Assembly (NCBI RefSeq): GCF_006345805.1
Contig: NC_043001.1
Location: 23,746,001-23,810,000 of the forward strand
DNA from: Octopus sinensis
Lineage: Eukaryota
DNA length: 64,000 nucleotides
Direction of reading: 5' to 3'
Numbering within the stretch: the first letter of the stretch is position 1; each line of letters opens with the position of its first letter. The position numbers and the translations under genes are program-made. This document shows positions 40,404-53,983 of the stretch, piece after piece. The notes below the pieces were generated by a model that made no database searches, had not been told where the DNA came from, and worked only from the letters and a program-made list of their open reading frames with translations.

Positions 40404-40863
40404 TGTGTGTGTGAGTGTGTGTGTGAGTGTGTGTGTGAGTGTGTGTGTGAGTGTGTGTGTGTGTGTGTGAGTGTGTGTGAGTGTATGTGTGTGAGTGTGT
40501 GTGTGTGCGTGTGTGTGTGTGTGTGTGAGTGTGTGTGTGAGTGTGTGTGTGTGTGGTGTGTGAGTGTGTGTGTGAGTGTGTTTGAGTGTGTGTGAGTGTA
40601 TGTGTGTGAGTGTGTGTGTGTGTGCGTGTGTGTGTGTGTGTGTGAGTGTGTGTGTGAGTGTGTGTGTGTGTGTGAGGTGTGTGTGTGTGTTGTGTGTGTG
40701 TGTGTGTTGTGAGTGTGTGTGGTGTGTGAGTGTGTGTGTGAGTGTGTGTGAGTGTATGTGTGTGGTGTGTGTGTGTGAGTGTGTGTGTATGAGTATGTGT
40801 GTGAGTGTGTGTGTGTGTGTGTGTGTGGTGTGTGTGTGTGTGTGTGTGTACGTGTGTGTGTGT
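40404..40863. repeat. Compound (GT)n/(GTGA) microsatellite
   Basis: Direct reading. Confidence 0.95.
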
Positions 40864-40997
40864 AGTTATTCAAAATAACGAATTCATAAAACAGAAATCA
40901 CTTGGCTCTAAGGTGACTTAAGGTTACCTTAACTTGTCAATCTTCTTTCTGAAAGATATCGAAAGGAGTATATCGAATGGCTTTGAAAACAATTACG

Positions 40998-41026
40998 TCT
41001 CTCCCTCATTCTCTCTCTCTCTTATC

Positions 41027-41067
<41 letters not shown>

Positions 41068-41266
41068 TCTCTCTTTCTCTTATTCTCTCTCTCTCTTATT
41101 CTTTCTCTCTCCTATACTCTCTCCCTCTCCTATACTCTCTCTCTCTCTCTCTCTCCTATACTCTCTCTCTCTCTCTCCTATACTCTCTCTCTCTCCTATA
41201 CTCTCTCTCTCTCTCCTATACTCTCTCTCTCTCTCTCCTATACTCTCTCTCTCGCTCTCTCCTATA

Positions 41267-41298
<32 letters not shown>

Positions 41299-41350
41299 TA
41301 CACACACACATACACACACACACATACACACACACACATACACACACATA
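40998..41350. repeat. (CT)n with ctcctatact interruptions, then (CA)n
   Basis: Direct reading. Confidence 0.95.
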
Positions 41351-42216
41351 ACCTTTCTTCCTTCAGTCGGCTGTAACTGATTATGTTAGCATTTTACATT
41401 ATATCAGAAATTAAAAGCTATTATATTGAAATAAATAAAGAGATCGCCCACACATTACTCCTTTTCTTTCTTTTTTCTTTTTAGAAACATTTCTCACTTA
41501 TGTCCAATCATAGTAAATATTGTAACCATTGTCCTCTCAAGTGAAATCGAATTAACTCGAGTTTTTTCGAAGATAAACATCTTTGTGTCTTCGATGCTTA
41601 AAATTACGCTACTCCCATACAAAACTTCCTACTAATCAAATATACCGCTTTGAATACTAAACTGACTTTCAGTTCTAAATGTCTATTATTTGACTATTTA
41701 CCTTCGAATGACTACAAGTCTTTTGAGATTAAAATGTGATTTAAACAGTGACTAAACAAAGTTATATTTTTACACTATTTCCTTTGAACTGGTTACTGCA
41801 AACAGATTATTTACACTTGTTGGCAGTTCAATATTATTAGATTTATATCTTAAATGATAGAGGCCCCAAAAGAACAATGTTTTCCTTTGTACGACTCATG
41901 ACTTGCAACTGTTCAACTGTTCAACTGTCAAAGCTGTACATTTTAGCTCCTACTTTGTCGAATCATTGGCCTCATATTTAAGCTTTTAAATATACTATAG
42001 GCGCATTTTTGAAAGTAAACAATGCCATTCGTTACTCAGACTCCACATATATAACATACACTGAATTTATTCCCTCAACTCTTCAACGTTTCTATATCTA
42101 CATTCAGGGAATTTTTCAGCTTTCTTGACCATGAGTCGATTTGCCAAATAGTGTGGCAAGTTTCCCCCCCCCTCTCTCTCTCTCCGAATATTTACTCTCA
42201 AATATTTACTTCTGCA

Positions 42217-42255
<39 letters not shown>

Positions 42256-42260
<5 letters not shown>

Positions 42261-42423
42261 GAAAAAACTACAGAAGGCTTGTTTTAGAAGGTTAAAAAAT
42301 ATATATTTGAGTCATTATGTCTGAAGAATGTTATAAATTTTTTTCCATACAATGACATAGTTTTTGAAGAAATATATATTTTTTAACCTTCTAAAACAAG
42401 CCTTCTGTAGTGTTTTCACTTTT
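42256..42423. repeat. Inverted repeat, ~53-bp arms, between (TA)n tracts
   Basis: aaagtgaaaaaactacagaaggcttgttttagaaggttaaaaaatatatattt vs aaatatatattttttaaccttctaaaacaagccttctgtagtgttttcacttt. Confidence 0.85.
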
Positions 42424-42476
42424 TACTATTTTCTATATATTCAACCACGTGCTTTCACGCACCAACTTTCTCACCT

Positions 42477-42528
<52 letters not shown>

Positions 42529-42541
42529 CACACATATATGC

Positions 42542-42574
<33 letters not shown>

Positions 42575-43358
42575 ATATACGTACATACACATACACACAC
42601 ACACACACACACCACACACACACACATATATACGTATATACACTTTTACTCTTTTTACTCTTTTACTTGTTTCAGTCATTTGACTGCGGCCATGCTGAAG
42701 CACCATCTCTAGGACTTATTGTTTATAAGCCTAGTACTTATTCTATCGGTCTCTTTTGCCGATCCGCTAAGTTACGGGGACGGTTGTCAAGCACACACAA
42801 ACACACATATGGAAACATATAACTTTATCTCATACACATGAAACGCAGCCTTTCTACTTTAGATAGCAACCAGTCCTACACTCTCACATCTAACAGATAA
42901 ATCACAATCATTTCCTACATAATCTGGAGTGTATTTTCCTCTTTATAGATCGACAGAATCAATTTCTTTTCTGAAAATTTCTCTCCCGTTTCATACGAGT
43001 GAAAAGTTCGACGAAAAAGCAAAATCGTTTTCCTTTCATGTCAGCAACGATTTAAACGACCACCAGCTAGCTAACGGTGCTCGAACTGAATTTAATCATC
43101 CGAAACGGACATTTATTTCTACTTGTTTTATTGCAACATATCTAAGAGGGGGTAGTTTAGGGTTTAGATATCTCTGATAAAATGTTTTAAAAGATATCAG
43201 ATTAAAAATATATTCAGATCACTCCAAACCACACACACACACAAACACACACACTTTCCTCCACAAAAGTTTTTTCTACACATAAGCTCAACGTGTCAGT
43301 CCCGTGTCCTCTACAGCTGCTGCTCTCAGGAATTCTTGTCAATGTTTTCCTGAAAGTA

Positions 43359-43586
43359 TTTCTTTACTACCCACAAGGGGCTAAACACAGAGGGGACAAA
43401 CAAGGACAGACAAACGGATCAAGTCGTTTACATGGACCCCAGTGTGTAACTGGTACTTAATTTATCGACCCCGAAAGGATGACAGGCAAAGTCTACCTCA
43501 GCGGAATCTGAACTCAGAACGTAACGACAGACGAAATACGGCTATGCATTTCGCCTGGTGTGCTAACGTTTCTGCCAGCTCGCCGT
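43359..43586 (-). mobile_element. SINE family A monomer
   Basis: TSD ctgaaagta (43350-43358/43587-43595). Confidence 0.85.
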
Positions 43587-43619
43587 CTGAAAGTAGAAAG
43601 GTTAGTGGTCAATATTAAT

Positions 43620-44390
43620 CCGTAAGGAGCATAGGACCAGTTTCCCGGTTTCTCTGGCGTACTTATATTCCTCCCTGGACGGGACGCGAAATTTTTTTCC
43701 CACGTGAGTTCCGGACGCCAGTAATGAACTCATTTACATACAACTAATCAGAGCTCACCTTGACCTTATTGTCAAGTTAACAAACACACTCTACCAAGTA
43801 AACTCAAGACAAAGAACAGTGTTGTAAGTCGACCGATCGCCAAGTTAAGCCTGGTTTTATAAGGAGACAAGTAATTAGATTAGTAATTTGCATCTATACC
43901 CATTATCGGATTTTGTTAGGGTCCCATATGGCAAAGATGTGAATGGGGAAAATGTGGGTAGAGGGTGACGAGCTAACAACCCTCTTCCCTTACTGTTTTA
44001 GAAAGTAAACAACACAAATAACACAGAAGCAGCCATGGTTGAAACAAGAACAAAGAAAAAAGAAACATGGCCATTTCTTAACCGAGTGATCTTATCTAAT
44101 CGCCCATCAGTTGTTACGCGCTCATAAATTAGTTTGATGGTTGAGCTCTGATTGGCTGTATGCAAATGAGTTCATAACTGGGCTCTGGAACTCCTGTGGG
44201 AAAAAAAATTCGCAGACGGGACGCTGGTCTGTTGCAGAGTTACTCATTTTTAACAGCTGAGTGGAATGGAGCAGCGTGAAATGAAGTGTTTAGCTCAAGA
44301 ACTCAACACGTCACCCGGTCCAGGAATCGAAACCACAACCTTACGATCATGAGTCCAACACCCTAACCACTAAGCCATGTGCTTCCACCC
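43620..44390 (-). mobile_element. SINE family D interrupted by a MITE
   Basis: Head at 44310-44390, tail at 43620-43685. Confidence 0.75.
43686..44213. mobile_element. Mutator-like MITE with ~75-bp TIRs
   Basis: gcgaaatttttttcccac...cagagctcacc vs ggttgagctctg...gtgggaaaaaaaattcgc; 9-bp TSD ggacgggac/agacgggac. Confidence 0.75.
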
Positions 44391-47300
44391 GAGTGGTACA
44401 AAACAACAAATGAAATTCTTTCTTATATAATAGTCATTACTGGAACTAAAGACCCATCTTTTGATATTCTATAAAAAAACCTAGTGCGAAGAGTTAGAAT
44501 CTGAAAATTACTTAAAATAAGGCGAGAAACCAGGCGAGAATTGAACATCGATTAGATTGATGATATTGATTTGGAGGAGTTGCAGTGGTTTTTGAGTGTT
44601 GCTTTTCCTCTTTTTGTCTCTTTTCCTCGGAATAATTTTGAAAATCAGAGATGAAATGGTTCTGAGCGCTGCTTTTCTTCCTCACAATAATTAGGAAAAT
44701 CACTGCTCTCTTTATATATAATAATCATAAGAATCTCTAATAATCTCTCAGGTGGCCTTATTAGTTTCTTCTTTAGAGAATTTAACTGTTGCAGACATCT
44801 GAAAGCTAAAAAAAGATATCTTGTTGTTTTCCCAATCGCAACAATTCATATGATCACAAGTTCTTTTTCTGACTAATAAACATAAACTTTAGACTGATAA
44901 TTTATATATTTGTACAAATAGCTTCTGCTGGGAATAAAGAAAATATCTAAAATTCATTAACAGGTTTCACAATCAGAAAGAACAGATGAAAATACACTCA
45001 GGATCTGAAATATTTCAAAAGTAATGTCGTTAGTAAGATAGAAAATACCATAATTTTCTAACTAATAATAATCCATTCTTCGTTTTTATGAACCGTCAAG
45101 AAGAAATCAGAATAAATTAGAGCTTTGGCGAAAAGGATTTTTAAAAAGATACAAAAGAAAGTTTTAACAATTTTATTTGATTTCCCCACCAACAAAACAC
45201 AGCAATAAAGCTTATATTTCGTCATTCAGCGACGTGGTGATCAAATATAGGTAGAACAACGGCTTTTAAAAGATAAATCTTTCATCTATCGTTGATAAAT
45301 GTACTAAAAGATATAGAATTAATTTCATGTTGCAACAGCAAATAGCTGTCTAGTAAGCTATGTTAGTAGACATTGTTGAACATCACTTCAGTAACAAAAT
45401 AAGAATCTTTTGTTTAAAACAGTTTAACACTCAAATCAAATGATTTACTCATTGCTTAGTAGTGTAAAGTTGCTATGCATTACTTTTCAACGAAATCCAT
45501 ACATTTTAATTTAAGTCTGACAATAGTTCTGCAACTGACAAAGTAGCCTATAGAGATGTAACCTATTACATTTTAGACATATTTGATATAATTATGATGG
45601 AGAGTATGTCTGTTCTAGTTACATCAAAGTTTTGCAATTATTATAGCAGAACTATGCAGAATTATATTATGTGATAAATCACGTACTATATAATTGTATA
45701 AATATGTAACTACATGATTTAAAATTCTGGAATAGCTTTCAGTTCTATTTTCATTGCCATATAGATTAACTTATCTTTAGGGATATAATTGATGAATTGC
45801 CTACTTAAACTATAACACTAAATCACCATATCTAAATATTCACTTGTAATTCTTGAATATAGAGTACCAAATAACATTGTGCTTGTCTACATATGTTTTA
45901 CTACACACTCCTACATATACAAACTCTCACACACTCGCATGTTTTTATATATTTACTGTTTATCAACAATTATTTAAGTTGTCTTCTTAAATACATTTAG
46001 ATTTGATAAAGGAGAAACAGTGAAAGCAGAATGAGAAAATGTTAGATGTTGAATATTGATAATTGAATATAGAGACATGAGTTACTGTAAACACAAGACC
46101 AAGGAAAAATTATATTAGTTTTTATCATGAGTTCGGAGAAAGCTGAGTTTGGTATTAATAATTTCACTTGATGAGTGGAATAACAAAATAGATTCATCTC
46201 ACATCTAAGTACTAATCAGACTTTATATGAGGAAAATTATTCTTTTCTATAGAGCGTTTTCTTTCTTTTGGTCGTAGAATCTAAGAGAAAGCTAGTACAA
46301 CACATACAGCGCATTCGAATATTATATATATATACATTTAAAAAGGGGCTGCTTTATTCGCTAGAAATACTTGCCTTTCTGCTAATAAACATCACAGACC
46401 ATTCTCTGTTATCCGTAGACGCTGGCAACCTCGTATTTTATTCGCTCTGTAGTCAATGTTAAGAGATTCCAGCTAAAGTAACGCATGCGCTGTTGTTGCA
46501 TATTAAATCCCGCTGGGTGTCATTGATAGATATTTCAAATTTTGACATTTCATATTTGAAATTATTTATTATTAGTAAAGTATAAAAAACTTTAATTGAA
46601 ACAAGGCTATGGTATTATTACAAAAAGAAAGTGTTGTAAGGGATTCTGAAAAGAGAAAAGAGCATCCCTCGGTAAAAATTAGAACATTTAGGATAAAATC
46701 AGAAACTTAAATAAGTTGCTGCCCATTTTGATAGTTCCTTTAAAGAAACAGTGAACTATAATATGTAAGATGTTTAAATTTCTTTTGAAAGCAAATGGGA
46801 TAAAACTTTATTCTCTAAGAGGGACATCAGACAAAGGAAGATATTTAAGAAATTATTTTGCAAAAACCTGATCCAAAGAAAATTGTAAGGCGGTGAGCTG
46901 ACAGAATCTATAGCATATCGGACAAAATGCTAAGCGGCATTTCTTCCGGTATTTTACATACTGAGTTCAAATCCCACCTAGGTCAACTTGCCTTTCATCT
47001 CTTCGGGGTCGATAAAATAAAGTACAAGTGAAATATTGGGGTTGATGTGATCGGCTTGAACCCTCTCCTCAAAATTACTGACTCGAATCCTGCAACGGAC
47101 CTGTGTACCATTCGAGGGGAATGTTGTAAACCCGGTCACTTACACGCCATGAAAACGGGAAACCGGCCTTATGAGTTCTTGAGCTCAAGAAAGAAAAACA
47201 AAAAAGAAAAGAAAATGAAAACTATAGCTATTGTTTGAAGGAGACAGACATCTTTGAATGTTTTATGTCAATTGACGGAAAATAAATTTCAGTTTTAAAG

Positions 47301-47588
47301 AAGCGATTTTACTTCCCAACGTCTTAAGAAAAATTTTATTGTCACAGATTTCTTTTTCACCTACTACAGGGTATAAGTTATTGTGATTAAATAAGGAAGT
47401 AGGCATAAACATAAGTTGATGCCTACCGGTGTGTTGTTAATAAACAGCTATGTTGTTGAGAAATTCGTTTCACAACCACATGACTGTGTCTGATCCTGCT
47501 GTGCAGAACCTTACAAAAGTGTCATTTGCTGGTAGACGGAAAGAAACTGTGGAAACTAGTCATGTATACATACATACATATATGTATA

Positions 47589-47673
<85 letters not shown>

Positions 47674-47727
47674 TGTATATATATACACATATATATATGT
47701 GTGTGTGTATATATATATATACACATA

Positions 47728-48837
47728 TGATTTTGATTTTGATTTTGATTTTGATTTTTCCAGTTTCAGCTAATGAGCTGTGGCCATGCTGGGGCACCGC
47801 CATTTGGTTTGCTACACGGGTTTACCTCACGGATGCTTTTTAGCAAACGCCATCTGATGCATGAGAGAGTTCGATGCAGCTGCCCTCATCTGCACCTCCT
47901 GCCGTGAAGTTGGTTCATCCGGGACACCTGACAGGAAGAGATCCAGTCCTACTTTAAAGACATCCGCATCTACACCATGCAGGTCCCTCAGGTTCTTCGG
48001 GTGGACATTGAAGAGCCGTGGGCCTCTGAAGCCCAGGCTATCACAATATCTTGTCCTACATCTTGATGGCAAATTTGGAGTCCTTGGTACTACGCAGTGG
48101 CGTCCGGTTCTGGCGTTTGTGTGACTCTCGATGCCAAAGTCTGGGACAAGACCTTCCAGGATCTTCCAGATATATATTATGGCATATCTTTCTCGCCTAC
48201 GCTCCAGGGAATAGAGCTTTAATCTCTTGAGTCTCTCCCAGTAGCTCGTATGCTGCACAGAGGCTATCTTCTTCGTGTAGCTTCGTTGGATCGCCTCAAG
48301 TTCTGTGATCAACTTGACACTGGATGGTGACCATAGCTGAGAGCAATAGTCAAAGTGGCTTAGGACAAGTGTCTTCCAGAGGACCATCATGGTTTCTTGT
48401 TCTCTTGTTCTAAAGGTTCTAAGAATCCATCCAGCCAGCCGTCTGCATTTCATTGTCAGTTTAGCAACATGTACATGAAAGGTCGCGTCATCACTCATGT
48501 GAATACCCAGGTCACGCACTGATTGTGCCTCTGGGATTGCAATCCCTCCGGGTCCAGTGTATTCATTGGGTATTGCATTCAGTTTTGCATGCTGATAGTA
48601 TAAAGCTTGAAACTTTTCAGCATTGAACTGCATGCTATTCTTTTCAGCCCACTTGTATATTTCGTCCAGCTCACATTGCAGGTGCTTAGTGTCTTCAGGG
48701 TTCTGTATTGCCTGTGAAACTTTTGTATCATCTGCATAACTTGTGATCGTGGCTCTCCGCGTGGCTGAGGGCATGTCTGAGAGGGCCATTATGAACAGCA
48801 GTGGTCCCAAAACAGTGCCCTGTGGAACACCGCTCAC
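47728..48837 (-). mobile_element. 5'-truncated CR1-type LINE
   Basis: RT C-terminal ORF, short 3' UTR and (AAATC)-type tail at 47728-47758; flanked by (TA)n. Confidence 0.9.
47827..48837 (-). CDS. CR1-type non-LTR reverse transcriptase, C-terminal part (open, 5'-truncated)
   Basis: [35 protein letters not shown]; 336 codons without a stop. Confidence 0.9.
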   Translation of the reverse strand: MSGVPQGTVLGPLLFIMALSDMPSATRRATITSYADDTKVSQAIQNPEDTKHLQCELDEIYKWAEKNSMQFNAEKFQALYYQHAKLNAIPNEYTGPGGIAIPEAQSVRDLGIHMSDDATFHVHVAKLTMKCRRLAGWILRTFRTREQETMMVLWKTLVLSHFDYCSQLWSPSSVKLITELEAIQRSYTKKIASVQHTSYWERLKRLKLYSLERRRERYAIIYIWKILEGLVPDFGIESHTNARTGRHCVVPRTPNLPSRCRTRYCDSLGFRGPRLFNVHPKNLRDLHGVDADVFKVGLDLFLSGVPDEPTSRQEVQMRAAASNSLMHQMAFAKKHP

Positions 48838-48936
48838 TATTTGCGTGCTAATATATATGCGTATATATATATATATGCATATATATATGTATATATATAT
48901 ATATTTTTATATGTATTTATATATATATATACATAT

Positions 48937-49016
<80 letters not shown>

Positions 49017-49614
49017 AAGACATACACACACAGATGCCTGTAGGTAATGTATCTTTGTATGTATGCATGCGTATAGCTTCCGTTGATGTTTATTGGAGAA
49101 GAATATAAACACGATGACAACATCGAAAAGTTTGTGTTTTCCGAACGAGGTCCCTTGCAATATTTGTTCTGCATTGAGTTATAGACACTCCCTTGTCACT
49201 CACATTCTCAGAAATGCAGTGTGTCAATGATTGGCTTGTTGGGAACCTGTAACCAACGACGCTATTATTCAGTAATTGTGATATAAAATATAAAAATGCA
49301 TATATAACAATTATTTCTTGAAATATACATTCTTAGATAGTCAATATTATCATGAGAACGGTGGTTTGGCAGAATCGTTCGTGCGTCGGACCAAATGCAT
49401 TGTGCTATTAGTTTCGAGCACTGTACGTTCGGCAATCAAATCTGATTTACACCGCCCCGGGGACGAGGAAATGAAGTGCTGTATTTTCTACTATTACTGA
49501 AATGGTTGATACTCATCGGATCAGGCATTCCCTATTCATTCGTCTCTCTTCTTCCAGTCACTCGTATTGTGTCCACCATCCGAGACATTGCATTAACCAA
49601 TACACAGCAGCTCT

Positions 49615-49792
49615 GTGGAGGCGCAATGGTCCAGTGGTAAGAGCAGTGAACTCGCGGTCCTAAGAATGCGGTTTCGATTCCCAGACCGGGCATTGTGAAT
49701 GTTTATTGAGCAAAAACACCTAAGCTCCACGTTGTGAACCCCGCTGTACTCTTTCACCACAACTTTCTCTCACTCTTTCTTCCTACTTCTGC
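49615..49792 (+). mobile_element. SINE family B, partial
   Basis: Head and start of body. Confidence 0.7.
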
Positions 49793-51130
49793 CACAAAAC
49801 AGAGGAACCATTGTGTAACCCACTATGGTGTGGTAAACTTTCAGACCCTAGTCTAGATTGCGAGACCTCTGTGCCCCAGAATGGTTCAGCTCTCCACCCG
49901 TTAAAAGCCACCGTTTACGGAATGAGGATAACAACGTAGCTTTCGCGCCTGTGCAACCACCAGTCTATCGCGTGTGGTGGGTGGGTCTTCAAGTTGCCAC
50001 ACGCATTCTTAGTAGCTTAGAGCAGGCTCAAATTAGAGATTATTCTTTGTGGCTAATAGCGTGAGTCCTGATTGGAAGAAGAAGAGAAGAAGACAGCAGC
50101 TCTTCTTCGTCAGAACGTAAGATTCTTCGGAATTCTTTCACGGTACGTATCTCCTTGAGTGGAGGCGCATAGCTTAGTGGTTAGGGTGTTGGCTTCACGA
50201 TCGCAAGATTGTAGTTTCGATTCCTTTACTGGATGATGCGTTGTGTTCTTGAGCAAAACATTTCATTTTACGCTGCTCCAGTTCGCCATTAAAAATGAGT
50301 AATTCCCATCCAGGGAGGAATATATACGTCAGAAAAACTGGGAAACCGCACCTATGCTCCTTACGGACTAACCTGGAGGAATCAACGTGTCTTTTCTATT
50401 GCAGTCGACTTGCATCTGTTCATGAAGAGTGCTAACCATATCGATCTCATCAGCCTCGGCGGCCTTGGGAAGGTCATGGGCTGATCCTCTCCTCCAGACA
50501 AAAACAATAAAAGAAATCAATCATTAAGTGAAATATTGGAACTATTAGAGTTCCTTTTGGATATTAGCAGCAAAGACTGAAATCAATTATTTTGGATTTA
50601 GTCATCGCCAAACGTATTACATTCTTAAATCGTTAATTGAAACGGAGATACAAAAATTCAGATTACGGAAGTTAGAACCGAATTAAAATATAATATATAA
50701 TATAATATAAGCTAGCGTCTTGTCATTACTGATACATAAAGCTTAAAGTGCATGAGAAATGATTATTGATCAGAGAAAAAAGAGTCGGATCGATAACATA
50801 TATCTGGAGGATGTTTGATTTTATTAGCACAAAAGAAAGAGTAGTGTGTTACAATAATGCAATTAATATATTTAGCAGTGAAACACTGCAATGCTGTATG
50901 TAGAAGAAATCTCGACAATCGTTAGAATTTCTCTTTCTCCAAGGCATAAAATTTATTTCACTGTTGGAAATATTGGTATTCTATAACACTTAGCAACGTA
51001 ATTTCAAATGAATAAAATATGATAAAAATTCATATAAAATAGTTGGACATGTTTAGTCTGTCTTTGTCAACTTCACCAACTAAGATTAGTAATGTTTTTC
51101 TTTCCGATTTGAGTCTTGTGCCTGTATATT

Positions 51131-51726
51131 TATTTCTTTATTACCCACGAGGGGCTAAACATTGAGAGGACAAACAAGGACAGACACACGGATTAAGTCG
51201 ATTACATCGACCCCAGTGCGCAACTGGTACTTAATTTATCGACCCCGAAAGGATGAAAGGCAAAGTCGACCCCGGCAGAATTTGAACTCAGAACGTAGAC
51301 GAAATACCTATTTCTTTACTACCCACAAGGGGCTAAACACAGAGGGGACAAACAGATTAAGTCGATTATATCTACCCCAGTGCATAACTGGTACTTATTT
51401 AATCAACCCCGAAAGAATGAAAGGCAAAATCGACCTTGGCGGAATTTGAACTCAGAACGTAGCGGCAGACGAAATACCTATTTCTTTATTACCAACAAGG
51501 GGCTAAACATAGATGGGACAAACAAGGACAGACATAGGTATTAAGTCGATTCCATCGACCCCAGTGCGTAACTGGTACTTAATTTATCGACCCCGAAAGG
51601 ATGAAAGGCAAAGTCGACCTCGGCGGAATTTGAACTCACAGCGTAACGACAGACTTCAAATTCCGCCGAAGTCGACTTTGCCTTTCATCCTTTCGGCGTG
51701 CTAACGATTCTGCCTGCTCGCTGCCT
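51131..51726 (-). mobile_element. SINE family A trimer containing an internal 42-bp inverted duplication
   Basis: Three units; arms 51593-51634 / 51655-51696. Confidence 0.85.
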
Positions 51727-51749
51727 TGTGGCTGCATATCAATTATATA

Positions 51750-52065
51750 ATTAAGCCCTTTGCCCCCTATACAGCGTAGGATATCGGCACTTATCTCTAC
51801 CGTTCTCGACAATGGGATGGCCTCTCCGCAGGTCTTGTTGGTTTTGAATTGTCATCGATATTTCTTTTAATTCTTTTTTAAAAAATATTATTTCTAGGTT
51901 GTGGCCTTGGATTTACGCAGACTTATTTTTACCTCTGGGAAGAGGTGCTCTATATTTAGTCTGGCCTTTATCATTTGACCTGCCCAACTTGGGAGGTCCT
52001 ACCTGGAGTTTGTGCTCCGCTTGCATAGCTTTCAGGGTCGTTGAGGCACACAAGTCACAACACTG
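51750..52065 (-). mobile_element. Non-autonomous RTE-derived element (5' UTR-like segment, degenerate)
   Basis: tttgacctgcccaacttgggaggtcctacc...gcatagctttcagggtc resembles the reverse complement of RTE 5' UTRs (from memory). Confidence 0.45.
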
Positions 52066-52164
52066 TAATCAGAACTGGATCTTGTGGTGGATATATATAT
52101 TAAAGATGCATAAATTACATAAAAAAATCATATGCTAACTCAGTTTTTATTGAGCTAGCATATA

Positions 52165-52396
52165 TATTTCTTTACTAACCAAAAGGGGCTAAACACAGAG
52201 GGGACAAACAAGGACAGACAAAGGGGTTAAGTCGATTATATCGACCGCAGTGCGTAACTGGTACTTAATTTATCGACGCCGAAAGGATGAAAGGCAAAGT
52301 CGACCTCGGCGGAATTTGAACTCAGAACGTAACGACAGACGAAATACAGCTACGCATTTCGCCCGGCGTGCTAACGATTCTGCCAGCTCGCCGCCT
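52165..52396 (-). mobile_element. SINE family A full-length monomer
   Basis: 14-bp TSD tgagctagcatata (52151-52164/52397-52410). Confidence 0.9.
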
Positions 52397-52599
52397 TGAG
52401 CTAGCATATAGACTTCAAATATTCATTACCATGCCAAAGGGCAGATCGCTCATTGTTTACCTCTGAGCTTCTTTAGGATTGTTTGTCTTCATCTAGAATA
52501 TTTTGAGAATAATCTTCCTTTAAAGTCCTCTGAGTTTATTGCGATATTCGCTGTTGTTATCGTTAATACTTTATTAATGCTATGGTATATTGTTTTAAT

Positions 52600-52987
52600 G
52601 TGGAGGTGCAATGGCCCAGTGGTTAGGGCAGCGGACTCGCGGTCATAGGATCGCGGTTTCGATTCCCAGACCGGGCGTTGTGAGTGTTGATTGAGCGGAA
52701 ACACCTAAAAGCTCCACGAGGCTCCGGCAGGGGATGGTGGTGATCCCTGCTGTACTCTTTCACCACAACTTTCTCTCACTCTTACTTCCTGTTTCTGTTG
52801 TACCTGTATTTCAAAGGGCCGGCCTTGTCACTCTCTGTGTCACGCTGAATATCCCCGAGAACTACGTTAAGGGTACACGTGTCTGTGGAGTGCTCAGCCA
52901 CCTACACGTTAATTTCACGAGCAGGCTGTTCCGTTGATTCGGATCAACCGGAACCCTCATCGTCGTAACCGACGGAGTGCTTCCACA
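52600..52987 (+). mobile_element. SINE family B full length
   Basis: 13-bp TSD atattgttttaat (52587-52599/52988-53000). Confidence 0.9.
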
Positions 52988-53378
52988 ATATTGTTTTAAT
53001 ATAAGGTGTTGCCGGTGATGAATAATTACAAACTGTTTCCTACGACTACGAAGAATTTGCATCACTAATGTCCGCTGGACTTCCTATCACATGATGAACA
53101 TGACTCACGTACCTTCTGACATTTCCATCATTTATTTGCAGTCAAACTGAACGACGTTGCTGGTTACAATTCGCCGCTTTTACTGAGCAGCTGTAAGGAT
53201 CCGTTTGTTGTTTTTGTGCCATTTAATGAGTTTATAATCATATTGCTCCTCATAACCCGATTTCTTGCAATAAAAATCCATCATTTCGTTTTTATTAAAT
53301 CTCTTTACATTCTTTTGTTTGTTAGTCATAGTTGGAATCGAACACGACCGTAGCTTGCTACTACATATCCGAATATAA

Positions 53379-53983
53379 GTACCTATTTCTTTATTACCCA
53401 CAAGGGGCTACACACAGAGGGGACAAACAAGGACATACATGGGTATTAAGTCGATTACATCGACCCCAGTGCGTAACTGGTACTTAATTTATCGACCGCG
53501 AAAGGATGAAAGGCAAAGTCGACCTCGGCGGAATTTGAACTCAGAACGTAGCGGCAGACGAAATACCTATTTCTTTACTACCCACAAGGGGCTAAACACA
53601 GAGAGGTCAAACAAGGACAGACAAACGGATTAAGTCGATTATATCGACTCCAGTGTGTAACTAGTACTTATTTAATTGACCCCGAAAGGATGAAAGGCAA
53701 AGTCGACCTCGGCGGAATTTGAACTCAGAACGTAGCGGCAGACGAAATACCTATCTATTTACTACCCACAAGGGGCTAAACACAGAGAGGACAAACAAAG
53801 ACAGACATAGGTATTAAGTCGATTACATCGACCCCAGTGCGTAACTGGTACTTTATTTATCGACCCCGAAAGGATGAAAGGCAAAGTCGACCTCGGCGGA
53901 ATTTGAACTCAGAACGTAACGGCAGATGAAATACGGCTACGCATTTCGCCCGGTATGCTAACGTTTCTGCCAGTTCGCCGCTT
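53379..53983 (-). mobile_element. SINE family A trimer
   Basis: One head, three units; TSD atatccgaatata. Confidence 0.9.

Noticed and set aside
44450-46860. Repeat-poor AT-rich stretch that might hold host exons or regulatory DNA
   Set aside because: No ORF with recognisable homology and no supportable motif. Small exons cannot be excluded without RNA-seq.
52600-52680. tRNA-Arg gene
   Set aside because: The tRNA-like head continues into a SINE body with a TSD and lacks a proper acceptor stem.
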